Shown: positions 25,042 to 35,994 of the stretch, piece by piece | Position numbering within the stretch: position 1 is the first letter of the stretch | Layout of the letters: each line of letters starts with the position of its first letter | Origin: a virus | Lineage: Duplodnaviria > Caudoviricetes | Virus record (IMG/VR): IMGVR_UViG_3300037043_000013 | Span: 1-45,130 of that record | Reading direction: 5' to 3' (one strand) | Length of the DNA stretch: 45,130 nt | Position numbers and translations under genes: made by a program | The notes under the pieces: model-generated | The model's database searches: none | Told to the model about the DNA's origin: nothing | Seen by the model: only the letters and a program-made list of their open reading frames with translations

Positions 25042-26597
25042 ACCTCTCGCGGGAGCGAGCCCAGCAACTAGCCGAGCTCATCCGCTCGGATACGCCACGT
25101 GGCTTCGAGGCGTTCTACACCGGGCTATACGGCCGGCCGCTTCCGCGCCATGCCCGCCGCTGGATCCAGATGGCCTACTGGGCCCGGGCGCAGAACAAGG
25201 GCATCGTCATCAAGGCCTTCCGTGGGTCGACGAAGACGACGACGATCACCAACGCCTTCGCCGCCTACAGGACGCTGTGCGAACCGGACAAGAACGGTCT
25301 GCTGCTACAGGTGGCCGATGGCATCGCCAAGGACAACTCCAGCATCATCTCGAAGATCGTGGAACATGCTCCCATTCGACAGGTGGCTTGGCCCTACATT
25401 GGCCCTAGCGCTACCAACTGGGGCGCTGGTGGCTATGACATTGTTCGTCTGGATATGCCGTTTGGGGAGTTCCAAAGCCAGCGGCTTCGCTGGGGCAAGG
25501 ACAACTCGTTCATCGGGCTTGGCTACGGGTCCTCGGACATCATCGGGAAGCACCCGTCCTCCTACATCATCGTCGACGACATCAACAACGAGCGCAACAC
25601 GGCCAGCCACCGCCGACTGGCAGAAGTCAACAAGATCGTCACCGACACCATTTATCCAACCACCGAGCCCAACTTTCCATGGGAGATTTGGATTGGAACC
25701 CCGTGGGTTCACAACGACGTACTGACCTACGTCGAGAGCACGGGGCAGTACGTCATCTGCACGACGCCGGTGTACAAGAAGTGCGAAGAGTCGGACCCAG
25801 AGGCCGTATGGTGCGAGTGGGAGCAGGGACACGTAAAGTTGGCGTGGCCCGACGGCTTCCCTATGGAGCGGGTCGAGAGGGCCCGCAAGAAGGCTGGGTT
25901 GCTGGGCTTCGCCCGCATGTACCTGCTCGACCTGATGGCCGCCAGCGGCAAGTACCTGAAGACGGAGTGGCTGCATGAGTATCCTTCGGAAGACATCTCA
26001 AGCAGTTGGCCCGTCGCCATCGGGGTCGACTTCGCCACCGTTGCCGACAAGCTGCACACCGAAGACCGGGACCGCTTTGCCCTTGCGGTGGGAAGACTCA
26101 TTCCGGGCGGCGGGATTGTGCTGGTGGATGGATGGGTCGGTCATCTTACCCGCGGGGATGCCGAGCTCAAGGTTCAGTCGTTCTACGAACGCTATTCGCC
26201 ACTGGTTCAGACGGTAGGCATTGATGTCCTCGGCAAGGGCGAACTCTTCTACGACTACCTGCTCCACAACACCAACCTGCCCGTGTTTCCTTGCAAGGGC
26301 AACAACATGGCCAAGGGAACCCGCTTCGAGGACCAGTTGGCCCCGATGTTCCAGTTCGGGCGGGCGTTCGTCTCGGACGAGTACAACGCCTTCATCAACG
26401 AGTTCAAGGGCGAGTGGGGCGGCTGGCAAGCGGGAGCGCCGTTCTGCGACACCATCGACGCTGTGTACTACATGTGTCAGGCGGGACAGGGGAACCTGAT
26501 GCCCAGCCTGTGGGAACTTGACGATCAACTGCCAGGCGTGATGGGAGTTGGGCAAGAGCCCAGCCCCTTCAACGAGCTAGGAGCGTGGAATGGCTGA
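25038..26597 (+). CDS. terL: Terminase large subunit
   Basis: Walker A AFRGSTKTT, Walker B IIVDD, motif III IGTPW, nuclease IGVDFA…DTIDA. Confidence 0.9.
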   Translation: MNLSRERAQQLAELIRSDTPRGFEAFYTGLYGRPLPRHARRWIQMAYWARAQNKGIVIKAFRGSTKTTTITNAFAAYRTLCEPDKNGLLLQVADGIAKDNSSIISKIVEHAPIRQVAWPYIGPSATNWGAGGYDIVRLDMPFGEFQSQRLRWGKDNSFIGLGYGSSDIIGKHPSSYIIVDDINNERNTASHRRLAEVNKIVTDTIYPTTEPNFPWEIWIGTPWVHNDVLTYVESTGQYVICTTPVYKKCEESDPEAVWCEWEQGHVKLAWPDGFPMERVERARKKAGLLGFARMYLLDLMAASGKYLKTEWLHEYPSEDISSSWPVAIGVDFATVADKLHTEDRDRFALAVGRLIPGGGIVLVDGWVGHLTRGDAELKVQSFYERYSPLVQTVGIDVLGKGELFYDYLLHNTNLPVFPCKGNNMAKGTRFEDQLAPMFQFGRAFVSDEYNAFINEFKGEWGGWQAGAPFCDTIDAVYYMCQAGQGNLMPSLWELDDQLPGVMGVGQEPSPFNELGAWNG

Positions 26598-28542
26598 CAG
26601 CGAACTTCCGGGTGGGCTGCATCCTCTGGACTGGTACATCGAGCAGGCGCACGTCCTGTACGAGCGGGACTACGACCTCCGCAAGGACCAAGAGCGCATC
26701 GACAAGATGATCCATGCGGACTATGAGCCCCCACCTCGCATGAGGGAACTGGGGTGGTTCAGGAACTTCAAGTCCACGCAGCCCTACGACGGGATCAACG
26801 CCGGCGTCCGTGTCCTGTCCGTTCTGGACGACGTGCCGACCGTGGACCCGCTGTCGGTGATGAAGGCGCTCGGGTCTGACGTCAGCCCCAACTGGGACGT
26901 CGCCAAGAGCAAGGCCAACGAGTGGGAGCGTGTCCTGAAGCATCAGGGGACGCTGGCCGACGGGCGGCAGGCCGTCAACAAGTCCGACATCAACCGGTCG
27001 GCCCTGCTGTACGACGAGTGCATCGCCACCATCGTCCACCTCCCGACGCAGATCAAGGCCCTGAAGGCCATCAACGCCGACACGAGGAAGTACGAGTACT
27101 ACAAGCAGTTCGGCCAGTTCGCAACCATCATCCGCCGGCCGCCGGACGCCCACGTCATCTACTCGGAGTACGGCCCCGAGGTGGTGCTGTCGGTCATCCC
27201 CAAGACCACCCGGGAGATCCTGTACCTGTGGGGCGATAGGGTCGAGCAACTCAGGGACCTTGTGACCAACGGGGGCGTTGCCCTAGACGCCCCGTGGCTC
27301 CTGTACGACTGGAGCGACATCGACGCCCGGGCGGTATGGGCTACGCTGGGAGAGGACGAGGGACAGGCTCAGGGCGAGGGCGGAACCGTCATCGAGGTCC
27401 TGCGGGAGAAGAACCCGTACCCGTTCCTTCCGTGGTCGGCCGTTCTGGGCGGGACCACGCTGGAGCACGAAGAGCGGTACAAGCGCAACCCGCTGCTCCA
27501 GCCGATCGTGCTGGCCGAAAGCTGGTTCACGGCCAACATCATCGGCAGCCTGCGGGTGAGCGAGGGGCTGGCGGAGTTCGGGCGGCCCAAGCTCGTCAAG
27601 GCTGGCCCCGGGTCCGGCAACATCGTCACACGCTACGGGACCCCGGGCGGCGAGTTCATCGTCGGCCCGATGCAGGACGTCAAGCTCCTTCCGAAGGAGG
27701 GGCTGGACCCCGCCCTGTCGGAACTGTACAACCAGTTCATCTCAGAGATGGACAGGGCCACCATGCCGCGCATCCTGATCTCCTCGGAGACGATGCCCGG
27801 CGAGACGTACTCGGGGTACAACCTGCGGGTGCAGACGGCCATGGGCCGGCTGATGCCGTACAAGAACCTCGGCGAGCGGTGCATGGCCGGCCTCTACCGG
27901 CTGATGCTGCTGTACGCTCACTACTCCAAGGAGCCCCTGCACGCGTACGACACGGACGGCAAGTCCTCAACGTACGGCAAGGAGTTCACGATCTACCCCG
28001 GCGACATCGACCCCAACTACATCTACATCAAGGTTGACCAGGAAGCCGACCTGCCGATCGACCGCCTCCAGAAGATCAACGGGGCGGTGATGATGGCTCG
28101 GGAACTGAAGGTCGACACCGAGACTATTCTGGACGAACTTGGCGAGAAGGACAGCCAGAGACGCGTCCGCAACTGGACCAAGGAACAGTTCAAGTGGGCG
28201 TACGTCGGTGCCAAGGTCAAGGCGATCGACCTCGTCGAGAGCGGCCAGATGCAGAAGATGGCCCAAGAGATGGCCCAGCAGATGGTTCAGCAGATGATGG
28301 AGCAGGCCGCCAGCCAACAGGGCGCAGAGGCCGCCGCCGGCGGACCCGGCTCGGTCGAGGGCGGCATGGGCGGCCCGCAGGCCGGCATGGAAGGCTCGCC
28401 AGCAGGTACGGGCATGGGCATGGAAGCCGGCGGACAGGGCATGAACCCGGGCATGGGCGGTGGGCCGCCGATCGAAGCGGGCGGTGAGCAGGCGACCTTC
28501 GAGGGCGCTACCGGGATGATGCGTGGTGGCGGGGAGGCGTAA
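26590..28542 (+). CDS. Portal protein
   Basis: 650 aa directly after terL; helical, Q/G/M-rich C-tail typical of podovirus-type portals. Confidence 0.75.
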   Translation: MADSELPGGLHPLDWYIEQAHVLYERDYDLRKDQERIDKMIHADYEPPPRMRELGWFRNFKSTQPYDGINAGVRVLSVLDDVPTVDPLSVMKALGSDVSPNWDVAKSKANEWERVLKHQGTLADGRQAVNKSDINRSALLYDECIATIVHLPTQIKALKAINADTRKYEYYKQFGQFATIIRRPPDAHVIYSEYGPEVVLSVIPKTTREILYLWGDRVEQLRDLVTNGGVALDAPWLLYDWSDIDARAVWATLGEDEGQAQGEGGTVIEVLREKNPYPFLPWSAVLGGTTLEHEERYKRNPLLQPIVLAESWFTANIIGSLRVSEGLAEFGRPKLVKAGPGSGNIVTRYGTPGGEFIVGPMQDVKLLPKEGLDPALSELYNQFISEMDRATMPRILISSETMPGETYSGYNLRVQTAMGRLMPYKNLGERCMAGLYRLMLLYAHYSKEPLHAYDTDGKSSTYGKEFTIYPGDIDPNYIYIKVDQEADLPIDRLQKINGAVMMARELKVDTETILDELGEKDSQRRVRNWTKEQFKWAYVGAKVKAIDLVESGQMQKMAQEMAQQMVQQMMEQAASQQGAEAAAGGPGSVEGGMGGPQAGMEGSPAGTGMGMEAGGQGMNPGMGGGPPIEAGGEQATFEGATGMMRGGGEA

Positions 28543-28817
28543 TGGCTACCGACACGCAACGAAACTGGGACACTCTTGAGGCCGAGGCCAAGGAAGAGGT
28601 CGAGACGCTCTTCATGGAGTGGCAGCTAGAGTTCTTCGGAAATCGTCTCCCGCTGGAGGTAAGGAATGGCCTACGAATCAGGCTCGGGCTCAAACCTGAG
28701 GCAACCCCCGAAGCTGCCGAAGCAGTTCAAGTCGCTGGTGCCGCAGAACAAGCCGGTGACGTCCCCGAGCTTGCCGGTCAACCTCAGCAGGCCCCCGGCA
28801 TGGGCGGACTGGCGTAG
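28542..28817 (+). CDS. Hypothetical protein
   Basis: GGAGG SD, TAATG overlap with portal. Confidence 0.55.
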   Translation: MATDTQRNWDTLEAEAKEEVETLFMEWQLEFFGNRLPLEVRNGLRIRLGLKPEATPEAAEAVQVAGAAEQAGDVPELAGQPQQAPGMGGLA

Positions 28818-29418
28818 GCAAGAGGCGGCGTTTGCAGCCACAACGCCGAACCCGACGTCGACGCAGTTGTATGCTGGCACACGGGCCCTCCCGTATGCGG
28901 CTACGTTCGGCGCTCAGCTATCCCCCGAGGCGCGGGCCATTCTTGGCAGGGTTGTTGTTACGACCAACCCGGTCTACTCGGCCATTCGAGGGAACGCGTA
29001 CACCAACATCCCGGGCTTCGAGGCCATTAGTCTAAAGGACACGACCAATCCCAGCGTGGCGGCACACGAGTACGGCCATGCCGTGAGCGCAAAGATGCCC
29101 GGCCTTACATCCGCCGCGTGGGCGGCGGCGACGCCCCAGCAGATAGCGGCCACACAGGCGAGTTACGGATCCAGCCTTGGTGCCAAGCTGTCTTGGGCCT
29201 CGCACAAGAAAGACGAGTTCTTTGCCGAGCAGCTTTACATGGCGAGGGGCAACTACTTCATGCTCCCCATCAATCTTAGGCCCGCCTTCGCCCCGATGTT
29301 CAATCGGCGGATGGCGCAGGACGTCGGAAGATACAGAACGGGGCCCAATAGAAACTGGCAGCCGGGGGCACCCTACGGAGTAAATCAGTATGGCGCTCCC
29401 AATCTGGCCCCTAGATAG
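28666..29418 (+). CDS. Zincin-like HEXXH protein, possible internal virion protein
   Basis: GGAGG SD; AAHEYGHA…DEFFAE. Confidence 0.6.
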   Translation: MAYESGSGSNLRQPPKLPKQFKSLVPQNKPVTSPSLPVNLSRPPAWADWRRQEAAFAATTPNPTSTQLYAGTRALPYAATFGAQLSPEARAILGRVVVTTNPVYSAIRGNAYTNIPGFEAISLKDTTNPSVAAHEYGHAVSAKMPGLTSAAWAAATPQQIAATQASYGSSLGAKLSWASHKKDEFFAEQLYMARGNYFMLPINLRPAFAPMFNRRMAQDVGRYRTGPNRNWQPGAPYGVNQYGAPNLAPR

Positions 29419-29432
29419 TAACGAGGTGACAC

Positions 29433-30173
29433 ATGGCTAATGAACAAGGCGGTGGTGGCGGCGTAAAGACACCGAAGGCCGTTGGGGTCAAGGGGCCCCG
29501 AGTTCCAGTGGTGACGAAGCCCAAGCCGGGTTTCACCGGCAGCGAACCCAAGAACACCGGGGCGTATCAGCCCCCCAGCTACACCGCTGGCCGCGGGATC
29601 TCCTTTGGTCCCGCCAACCCAACCAAGACGTGGGGGGACGTGTTGAAAAGGACGGCGGCCGGCTTCCCGTCCGCCAGTCTCTCGGCGGCCGCTGCTCAGA
29701 TCGGCGGTCTTCCCAAGGCGGTCTTCAGTCCCATCTGGGGACTTCTCACGAACGTTACCCCGAAACCCGGATACTTCTCTGGATCCGAGCCGAAGAACAA
29801 CGCCTCGGTGTATGGCTGGCAGGCTGCCGCCGACGCCCTCATGGCCCGCTACACCGGATACTACTCCGGCTCCGAGCCCAAGAACACGGGGACATACGAG
29901 CCCAAGGAAGACTTCTCGTGGCGGGAGTACCTCGCCGACCCGACCAAGCCCGAAGAGGCGGCCCCGTCCCTCGTGGAGCAGTCTCGCATCATGGGTGAAA
30001 TCGCACGCGCCATCGCCAATCTCGATGATGGTGGCGCTGGCGCAGACGGCGGCTACATGTTCGACAACGGCGGGTATGGCTGGGGCGATGGCTGGGGTGG
30101 CGGCGGCTGGGGCGATGGCGGCGGGAGATACGGCCCAGACTCCATGTTGTACATGTGGCGGATTGGATTCTAG
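29433..30173 (+). CDS. Gly-rich probable internal (ejection) protein
   Basis: GAGGTG SD; 3x (F/Y)(S/T)GSEPKN; GWG-rich tail. Confidence 0.55.
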   Translation: MANEQGGGGGVKTPKAVGVKGPRVPVVTKPKPGFTGSEPKNTGAYQPPSYTAGRGISFGPANPTKTWGDVLKRTAAGFPSASLSAAAAQIGGLPKAVFSPIWGLLTNVTPKPGYFSGSEPKNNASVYGWQAAADALMARYTGYYSGSEPKNTGTYEPKEDFSWREYLADPTKPEEAAPSLVEQSRIMGEIARAIANLDDGGAGADGGYMFDNGGYGWGDGWGGGGWGDGGGRYGPDSMLYMWRIGF

Positions 30174-33100
30174 ATGACCGAAAAGCCAACCTTCGACGAG
30201 TGGGTTGAGGACACGCCGATCCCCCTCAAGGGGCATCCCGGGTACGACCTGCGCGACTACCTTCCCAAGAACTACAAGTGGACGCAGGGCAGGGCGCAGA
30301 ACCTACAGTCGTACTACATGTCCTCGATGCAGCACAACGCCATCAACGAGGCCCGTCAAGTCATGCGGGACGCCGAGCGTTCTGCACGCCCCGTCGAGCA
30401 TGAGCGGAACTACGAGAAGCTCCAGCCGTGGGAGAAGTCGGTTCTCGCCTTCCTCCCGTCTGCTGCTGCGTCGTTCGGCGCTTGGTGGAACGACCAGCCC
30501 GACAGCATCAAGAAGGCCGGAGCGGCAACCGGGTCGTTCCTTGCCCCTATCATGGCCCCCATCGGGAAGTTCATTGGTGCGGCGGGGACCGTGCTCGATG
30601 TTGGCGCTGAAGGCGTAGAGCGCATCGCCGGCATGGCCGACCAGTACGCGTACGCCAAGGCGTCGGGAACGCTCGACGAGTACTTCAAGAACCTCGACGA
30701 TGCGTGGAAGGCGTCAACGTTCTACTACGAGATCACCGGCTCGCAGAAGCCGATGGTCGAGCAAACGCCAACCGGCATGCGGTTCATGGGCCTGTTCGGC
30801 GGCACGCCGGCGTCCCCAGACCAGACGCCGGTTATGAGCGTGGCTGACTTGGCCTACGCCCGCCAGCGGTTCTCGCAGGGGGCAGACTGGTCGACGGTGC
30901 AGGGCGAACTGGAGCAGAAGGGCGGAGCCCTGTGGATGCGCGGGCAGATGTGGGACATGCTGGGTCACGTCATACTGGACCCGTCTTGGTTGATCTTCCC
31001 GTACCTCAAGCCTGTCGAGAGAGCCATCAAGGGCATCAAGACTCTGGAGACGCTAGTGCCAGAGGTGGCCGTTCGTGGCTTCGACGACGCCCTTCGTGCC
31101 GTCGAGCGAGCCATGGAGTTGACGGCCGCCGGCGAGAAGGCTCTGCCAGACGAACTGATCCCGGCCCTGAAGGGTGCCGAGGGGTTCGGCGACGAGGCGG
31201 TTGCGCTAGCCAGACAGGCGCTCAAGGACGGCCCGGGTTCCGAGGCGGCTGCGAAGCTGCGGACGCTGTGGGAGAAGGGGTACGAGGAACTTGGGCAGGC
31301 CATCCCCAAGATGGTTCGGGAGAACTCTTGGGAGGAGAAGGCTCGCAACATCCTGACGAAGTTGGACATCGGCCCTCAGCGAGCGGACGCCGCCGGCAAG
31401 ATGATCGAGCGGAAGGGCGTCCCCGGGCTGAAGTGGTTCGGCCTGACGCCGCAGTCCCGATCGCTAGAACTCATGGAGATGGTCAGCACGCACGTCCAGA
31501 CCATCCTGTCGGACGCCCGTGACCTGCCGACCATTCAGGGCCGCATGGCGGCGGCCATTCGGGCCGTGTCCTCGGCTCCCCTTGAGCCGAAGCTGGTGAG
31601 CCACGAAGTCCGCACGCTGCGGGCTGCCCTCGGGCAGTCAGGCGTGGCGTGGGACGACATCTTCAAGGCGTACTCCCAGTCGGCCGGCGAGCGCCAGCTA
31701 CTCAACAATCTGGCGGAGCTTCTTGGGCGCAACCCCAAGGCCCACGGGCTGGATGACATCCTGCGGATGATCCAGAAGGACCCCCAGAACGTCCTCAATC
31801 GGGCGGGGGAGATCATCCAGAGCGGACGTGTCCCGAAGTCTCAGGGGGCCATGGCGGTTGCCAAGGCCATCGCCGAGGGCCAGATTGATGCCAAGACCGT
31901 AAAGTCCCTTGCGACGCTATTCTTCGATCGCAAGGTTCCGTTTGATATAGCCTCGCTGAAGCTGCACCTTCAGGGGGCGACGTACGATGCCGTGGCTCGC
32001 CAGATGGTTCTCCAGCTTGGCGAGCAGTCCCGTGGGCTGTGGATGAAGGCCGCCGACGTGCTGAAGGCGTCCGAGACGCTGGCCTACCTGAAGCTCAACC
32101 CGGGCTACCCGATCCGCAACTTCCTGAACAACGAGATGACGATGGCGTTCCGGGGAGTGTGGGGGCGCTGGGGTCAGGGGAAGGATGTTGAGCGGTTCTG
32201 GAACCGAGTTGGGTTCGTCCCCGAGCGCCTGAAGGAAGGCTTCGGGCCGGCCGACCTCGCCGCCGAGGCCAAGAAGGCCAGCGGCCTAGCCCACGAGGCC
32301 CTTCTGGAGGCCGAGAAGGCGGCCAAGATAGCCGTCAAGGGCGCCGACTCGGACACCGGCATTCTCGGCATGGTAACACGCAGGATCAGCGACATCAACC
32401 TCGGCAAGCTGGACATGGCCAAGCTGGGACAGCAGGCCGAAATGTCGGCCAGCCAGAGGGCTCTGACGGCCGGGTACATGAAGTACTGGCGTGGCATGTG
32501 GAAGGGCGGCTCTGGATACGACACCGTCAACACGTTCCTCACTCGCCGCTTCCCCGGACTTGACATCTCGTCTCTCGGCGACGACGTCGAGCGCACGCTG
32601 GAGCGAGCGGTCCGCGGGTCGGTTGGCCCGAGTGACATCGACGACGTGTTCTTCAAGAACCTCAACGCCGGCTTCGACACCATCCTTGACAACACGGCGG
32701 AGAAGCTGGGCCTGCGCGCCGACGACCTCAAGAAGGTTCTCCCAGACGAGTACATGGAGGTCCTTCGCAAGGACCTCGGGGATGCTCTTCAGACCGGCGA
32801 CCCGGAGCGGATCGCATCCACTCTGGACAACGCCGTTCAGGTAGTCGGCCAGCACCTTGACGACATCGCCAAGACGGCCATCAAGCTGCGGGCCGAGCGG
32901 GCCATTACGGTTCTGGAAACCGAGGGTCCGGGCGCTTACATGACGTTCTGGCGGGAAATGACCGCCGACTGGAACGACGCCATGTTCGGCCACCTGAAGA
33001 CGATGGAAGACCAGATGCCGTTCATTCGTGGCATCGAGGACATGTCGGCCCGGGCAGGAGCGTATTCGAGGCTCGCCTCGCAAGAGGCGGAGATGTTCCG

Positions 33101-35960
33101 CCGGGCCAGCATGATCCAGCGGGAGGGCATTCAGAACCTGCGGGCTGGGATACAGAAGCTGGCCCAAGAGAAGGGCCTGCGCCTGCCTGCCGACCCAATG
33201 AGAGAGTTCGACGCCATGCAGGCGGACATGGACGGGTTCTTCAGCTTCATCCGCCGTGAGCGCAACAAGTTCTTCCGCAACAAGGCCCTGCATCCCGCCG
33301 ACGGGATGTCTGACGTCGAGCGGATGGCCGTCGAGGCGAAGCGTGAGCAGATCTGGCTCAAGATGAGCGACCGCTTCGACACGGAGTACGGCAAGCTCGT
33401 CGACAGCATGTACAACCACGGGCTTGCGATCGACGACTACCTGTCCATCGGGGCCTCCCGCTCTGCCCAAGAGATGGCCCACGTCCGGGCCGGCCGGTAC
33501 ACGGTTCACGAGCTACAGCGGGAGTACCAGCGCAACCAGCAGTCGTTCTCCCGCCAGTATGCGGCTCTGCCCCGGCACACGCCTATCGAGCAGCGTGCCG
33601 CCAAGCAGCAGGAAATGGCGGCCATCCGCATGCGCTACCGCAACCTCATCCACATGGCCGAGCGCGAGGCGCAGGACGCCATGGCGGCCAAGACGCCGTG
33701 GGGGAACGTCCACATCCTGTCCGGCGAGGTCAGCGACCCCACGGACGTAGAGATCCTGCTGGAAGCCTACCGGCGGGCGCTGGGGAACGTTGGCCCACGC
33801 CAGCAGGCCGAGCAGGCTGCCCGCAAGGCCGCCAAGGAGACTGCGGCTGCGGCTGGCGAGGTCGTCGAGGAGGTCCCTCGGGAGATCGGCTCGATGGCGG
33901 CCATGAACGCCAGCATGCGCCTGAACATGATCCCCGAGGAAGTGGGGATGGACCCGCTGAATGCGGTCTGGATGCAGGGCGGGCACACCATCATGGAGGC
34001 CATGCGGCAGGCGTCTCTGGACGCTCTCAAGAAGCCCGTCCTCAAGCTGGACGACGTCCTTCGGGGGCTTCCCGAGGAAGAGGCCCTGAGGTGGCGGTCG
34101 GCCCTTGCCGGGTACGCCGAGCACCTGCACACCAAGATGCCCGAGGTCCAGCGGATGTCCCTGAAGATGGGCGAGGCTCTCCGAGACTCCGCCCTTCTGA
34201 ACTACAGCCGCCGGACGTACGTCGACAATGCCATGGCGATGTTCATGCCGTTTGGCTTCTGGACGACGCACAGCGTCTGGAACTGGGCCCTGTGGTCGAT
34301 GAACCGGCCGGCCGGGCTGCACACGTGGTTCAAGGTCAAGGAGTACTTGGAGTCGGCGGGCCAGCGCAACGTGCCCACCCGGCTACGGGGCTCAATGCCC
34401 GTGCCGTTCCTTGACATCCCGGGCGTGCCGGACTGGATGGGGACCATCTACGCCAGCCCGTCCCGCATCGGCTGGCCGATGGACGGCTGGCTGGATCCGC
34501 TGGCCAACACCTACAACGCCGGCATGAGCAACATCAACCGAGCCGGCAGCCTGATCGAGAAGTGGAAGGCCAACGGCACGATCACCGAGGCCGAGTACTC
34601 CGAGGCCAAGAGACAGTCGGGGCCCCTCTGGGAGCAGGCCCTGTCGCAGTCTCAGGAGCAGGACGGCTATGATACTCTGGACACCCTCTCGATGCTTCTC
34701 GCGCCGCACGCACCTCTACAGTGGGCGTGGAAGGCCGCCCGAGGAAAGACCGACGAGATCGGACCGTTTCTCCCTCTGACAAGGACGGTAAAGGGCATAA
34801 CAGCCCTTCTGGGGGTTCCGGGCGGGGTCAACATCGAAGGTTGGGCCCGAGAGAAGCTAGGGCTTCCCCGCTTCGACAAGTGGGAGGACTACCGGGTCGA
34901 CCGGATGATCTCCAACCTCGTCTCCGACGGCATCATCACCGTCGACGAGGGGCAGCGGGCCATGATCGACCGCAAGGGCGAGGCCTACGACTTGGCCGTC
35001 ATGGGGGCGGGCAAGGAGTTCGGGATCTCGGCGCTCGGGTCGATGCTTGGTGTCCCCCTGAAGGCCTACCCGGACGGGGAAGAGAAGGCGCGTGTCAACA
35101 CGCAGATGCTGTACGACGCCTACGCCAAGGAAGAGGAAACCGGCATCACGGGCATCGTCAACAAGGTGTTCGACGAGCACCCGGACATCGCCGTGCGGAT
35201 GGCCCTGTTCGACAAGCCCGAGGACCGCATGAAGTCGTTCCTCGTGGACAACCTGTGGGCCCGCTGGAACAGCATGCCGCAGTTGTCCAAGGACGCCCTC
35301 AGGGAGGCTCTGGGGCCTGAGTTCGATCAGAACTTCCTCCAGAAGGACTCCAGCGGCCGCCGGTCGTACGCCGTCAGCCCGCAGACGCTAGGCGTCTGGT
35401 TGCGGCTGATGGGCGGCGACCCGCCCGGCACGCTGGACCTGTCGGCCGAGAAGGTCCCAGACGTCGCCTCCCCGCCCCCGCAGATTGCTCAGAAGGCTGA
35501 GTTGTATTACGAGCAGCGGGACCGGCAGTTCGGGGACGCCATCTGGGAGCTTCAGTCGACCTACTTCCAGTTGGCCGAGGGGTCGGACGCCAGACGGGCG
35601 TTCCTGTCCCAGAACCCGGAACTCAAGCGGTACTGGAACTGGCGCTACGACTGGCTGATGCGCAACCCGGACGTCATGCCCTATCTGGTCGAGAACCCGG
35701 ACGACCCGAAGTACAAGTACTCCAGCCTGAAGCAGCTTCAGTACGTCCAGCAGAACACGCCCAACATGCGCTGGTCGGACTGGGTTGACCACTTCGGAGA
35801 GCCGTCGAGCCGCCTGATGGTGGACTACTTCACCGACGCCGGCGGCCTGCCGGAGACGATCCGGCGGACACTGGAGAAGGAGGCCGCCCTGTACGGAGTG
35901 ACCTACGAGCAGTTGCTTGAGAACCTGCAATCGAGTTATGTCCAATCTGGAAGGCCGTAA
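30174..35960 (+). CDS. 1928-aa helical protein, probable internal virion/DNA-ejection protein
   Basis: Uninterrupted ORF with strong codon bias in head module; no catalytic motif recognised. Confidence 0.65.
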   Translation: MTEKPTFDEWVEDTPIPLKGHPGYDLRDYLPKNYKWTQGRAQNLQSYYMSSMQHNAINEARQVMRDAERSARPVEHERNYEKLQPWEKSVLAFLPSAAASFGAWWNDQPDSIKKAGAATGSFLAPIMAPIGKFIGAAGTVLDVGAEGVERIAGMADQYAYAKASGTLDEYFKNLDDAWKASTFYYEITGSQKPMVEQTPTGMRFMGLFGGTPASPDQTPVMSVADLAYARQRFSQGADWSTVQGELEQKGGALWMRGQMWDMLGHVILDPSWLIFPYLKPVERAIKGIKTLETLVPEVAVRGFDDALRAVERAMELTAAGEKALPDELIPALKGAEGFGDEAVALARQALKDGPGSEAAAKLRTLWEKGYEELGQAIPKMVRENSWEEKARNILTKLDIGPQRADAAGKMIERKGVPGLKWFGLTPQSRSLELMEMVSTHVQTILSDARDLPTIQGRMAAAIRAVSSAPLEPKLVSHEVRTLRAALGQSGVAWDDIFKAYSQSAGERQLLNNLAELLGRNPKAHGLDDILRMIQKDPQNVLNRAGEIIQSGRVPKSQGAMAVAKAIAEGQIDAKTVKSLATLFFDRKVPFDIASLKLHLQGATYDAVARQMVLQLGEQSRGLWMKAADVLKASETLAYLKLNPGYPIRNFLNNEMTMAFRGVWGRWGQGKDVERFWNRVGFVPERLKEGFGPADLAAEAKKASGLAHEALLEAEKAAKIAVKGADSDTGILGMVTRRISDINLGKLDMAKLGQQAEMSASQRALTAGYMKYWRGMWKGGSGYDTVNTFLTRRFPGLDISSLGDDVERTLERAVRGSVGPSDIDDVFFKNLNAGFDTILDNTAEKLGLRADDLKKVLPDEYMEVLRKDLGDALQTGDPERIASTLDNAVQVVGQHLDDIAKTAIKLRAERAITVLETEGPGAYMTFWREMTADWNDAMFGHLKTMEDQMPFIRGIEDMSARAGAYSRLASQEAEMFRRASMIQREGIQNLRAGIQKLAQEKGLRLPADPMREFDAMQADMDGFFSFIRRERNKFFRNKALHPADGMSDVERMAVEAKREQIWLKMSDRFDTEYGKLVDSMYNHGLAIDDYLSIGASRSAQEMAHVRAGRYTVHELQREYQRNQQSFSRQYAALPRHTPIEQRAAKQQEMAAIRMRYRNLIHMAEREAQDAMAAKTPWGNVHILSGEVSDPTDVEILLEAYRRALGNVGPRQQAEQAARKAAKETAAAAGEVVEEVPREIGSMAAMNASMRLNMIPEEVGMDPLNAVWMQGGHTIMEAMRQASLDALKKPVLKLDDVLRGLPEEEALRWRSALAGYAEHLHTKMPEVQRMSLKMGEALRDSALLNYSRRTYVDNAMAMFMPFGFWTTHSVWNWALWSMNRPAGLHTWFKVKEYLESAGQRNVPTRLRGSMPVPFLDIPGVPDWMGTIYASPSRIGWPMDGWLDPLANTYNAGMSNINRAGSLIEKWKANGTITEAEYSEAKRQSGPLWEQALSQSQEQDGYDTLDTLSMLLAPHAPLQWAWKAARGKTDEIGPFLPLTRTVKGITALLGVPGGVNIEGWAREKLGLPRFDKWEDYRVDRMISNLVSDGIITVDEGQRAMIDRKGEAYDLAVMGAGKEFGISALGSMLGVPLKAYPDGEEKARVNTQMLYDAYAKEEETGITGIVNKVFDEHPDIAVRMALFDKPEDRMKSFLVDNLWARWNSMPQLSKDALREALGPEFDQNFLQKDSSGRRSYAVSPQTLGVWLRLMGGDPPGTLDLSAEKVPDVASPPPQIAQKAELYYEQRDRQFGDAIWELQSTYFQLAEGSDARRAFLSQNPELKRYWNWRYDWLMRNPDVMPYLVENPDDPKYKYSSLKQLQYVQQNTPNMRWSDWVDHFGEPSSRLMVDYFTDAGGLPETIRRTLEKEAALYGVTYEQLLENLQSSYVQSGRP

Positions 35961-35965
35961 CCTAC

Positions 35966-35994
35966 TTGACAGAATCGCGTTTCTGTGGTAGACT
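35966..35994 (+). promoter_or_regulatory. Promoter for scaffold/capsid genes
   Basis: TTGACA-17bp-TAGACT with downstream TGTAGACA, like 19186. Confidence 0.8.

Noticed and set aside
30174-35960. Tape measure protein or virion RNA polymerase
   Set aside because: No tail tube or chaperone context, no TMP-like periodicity and no polymerase motifs recognised
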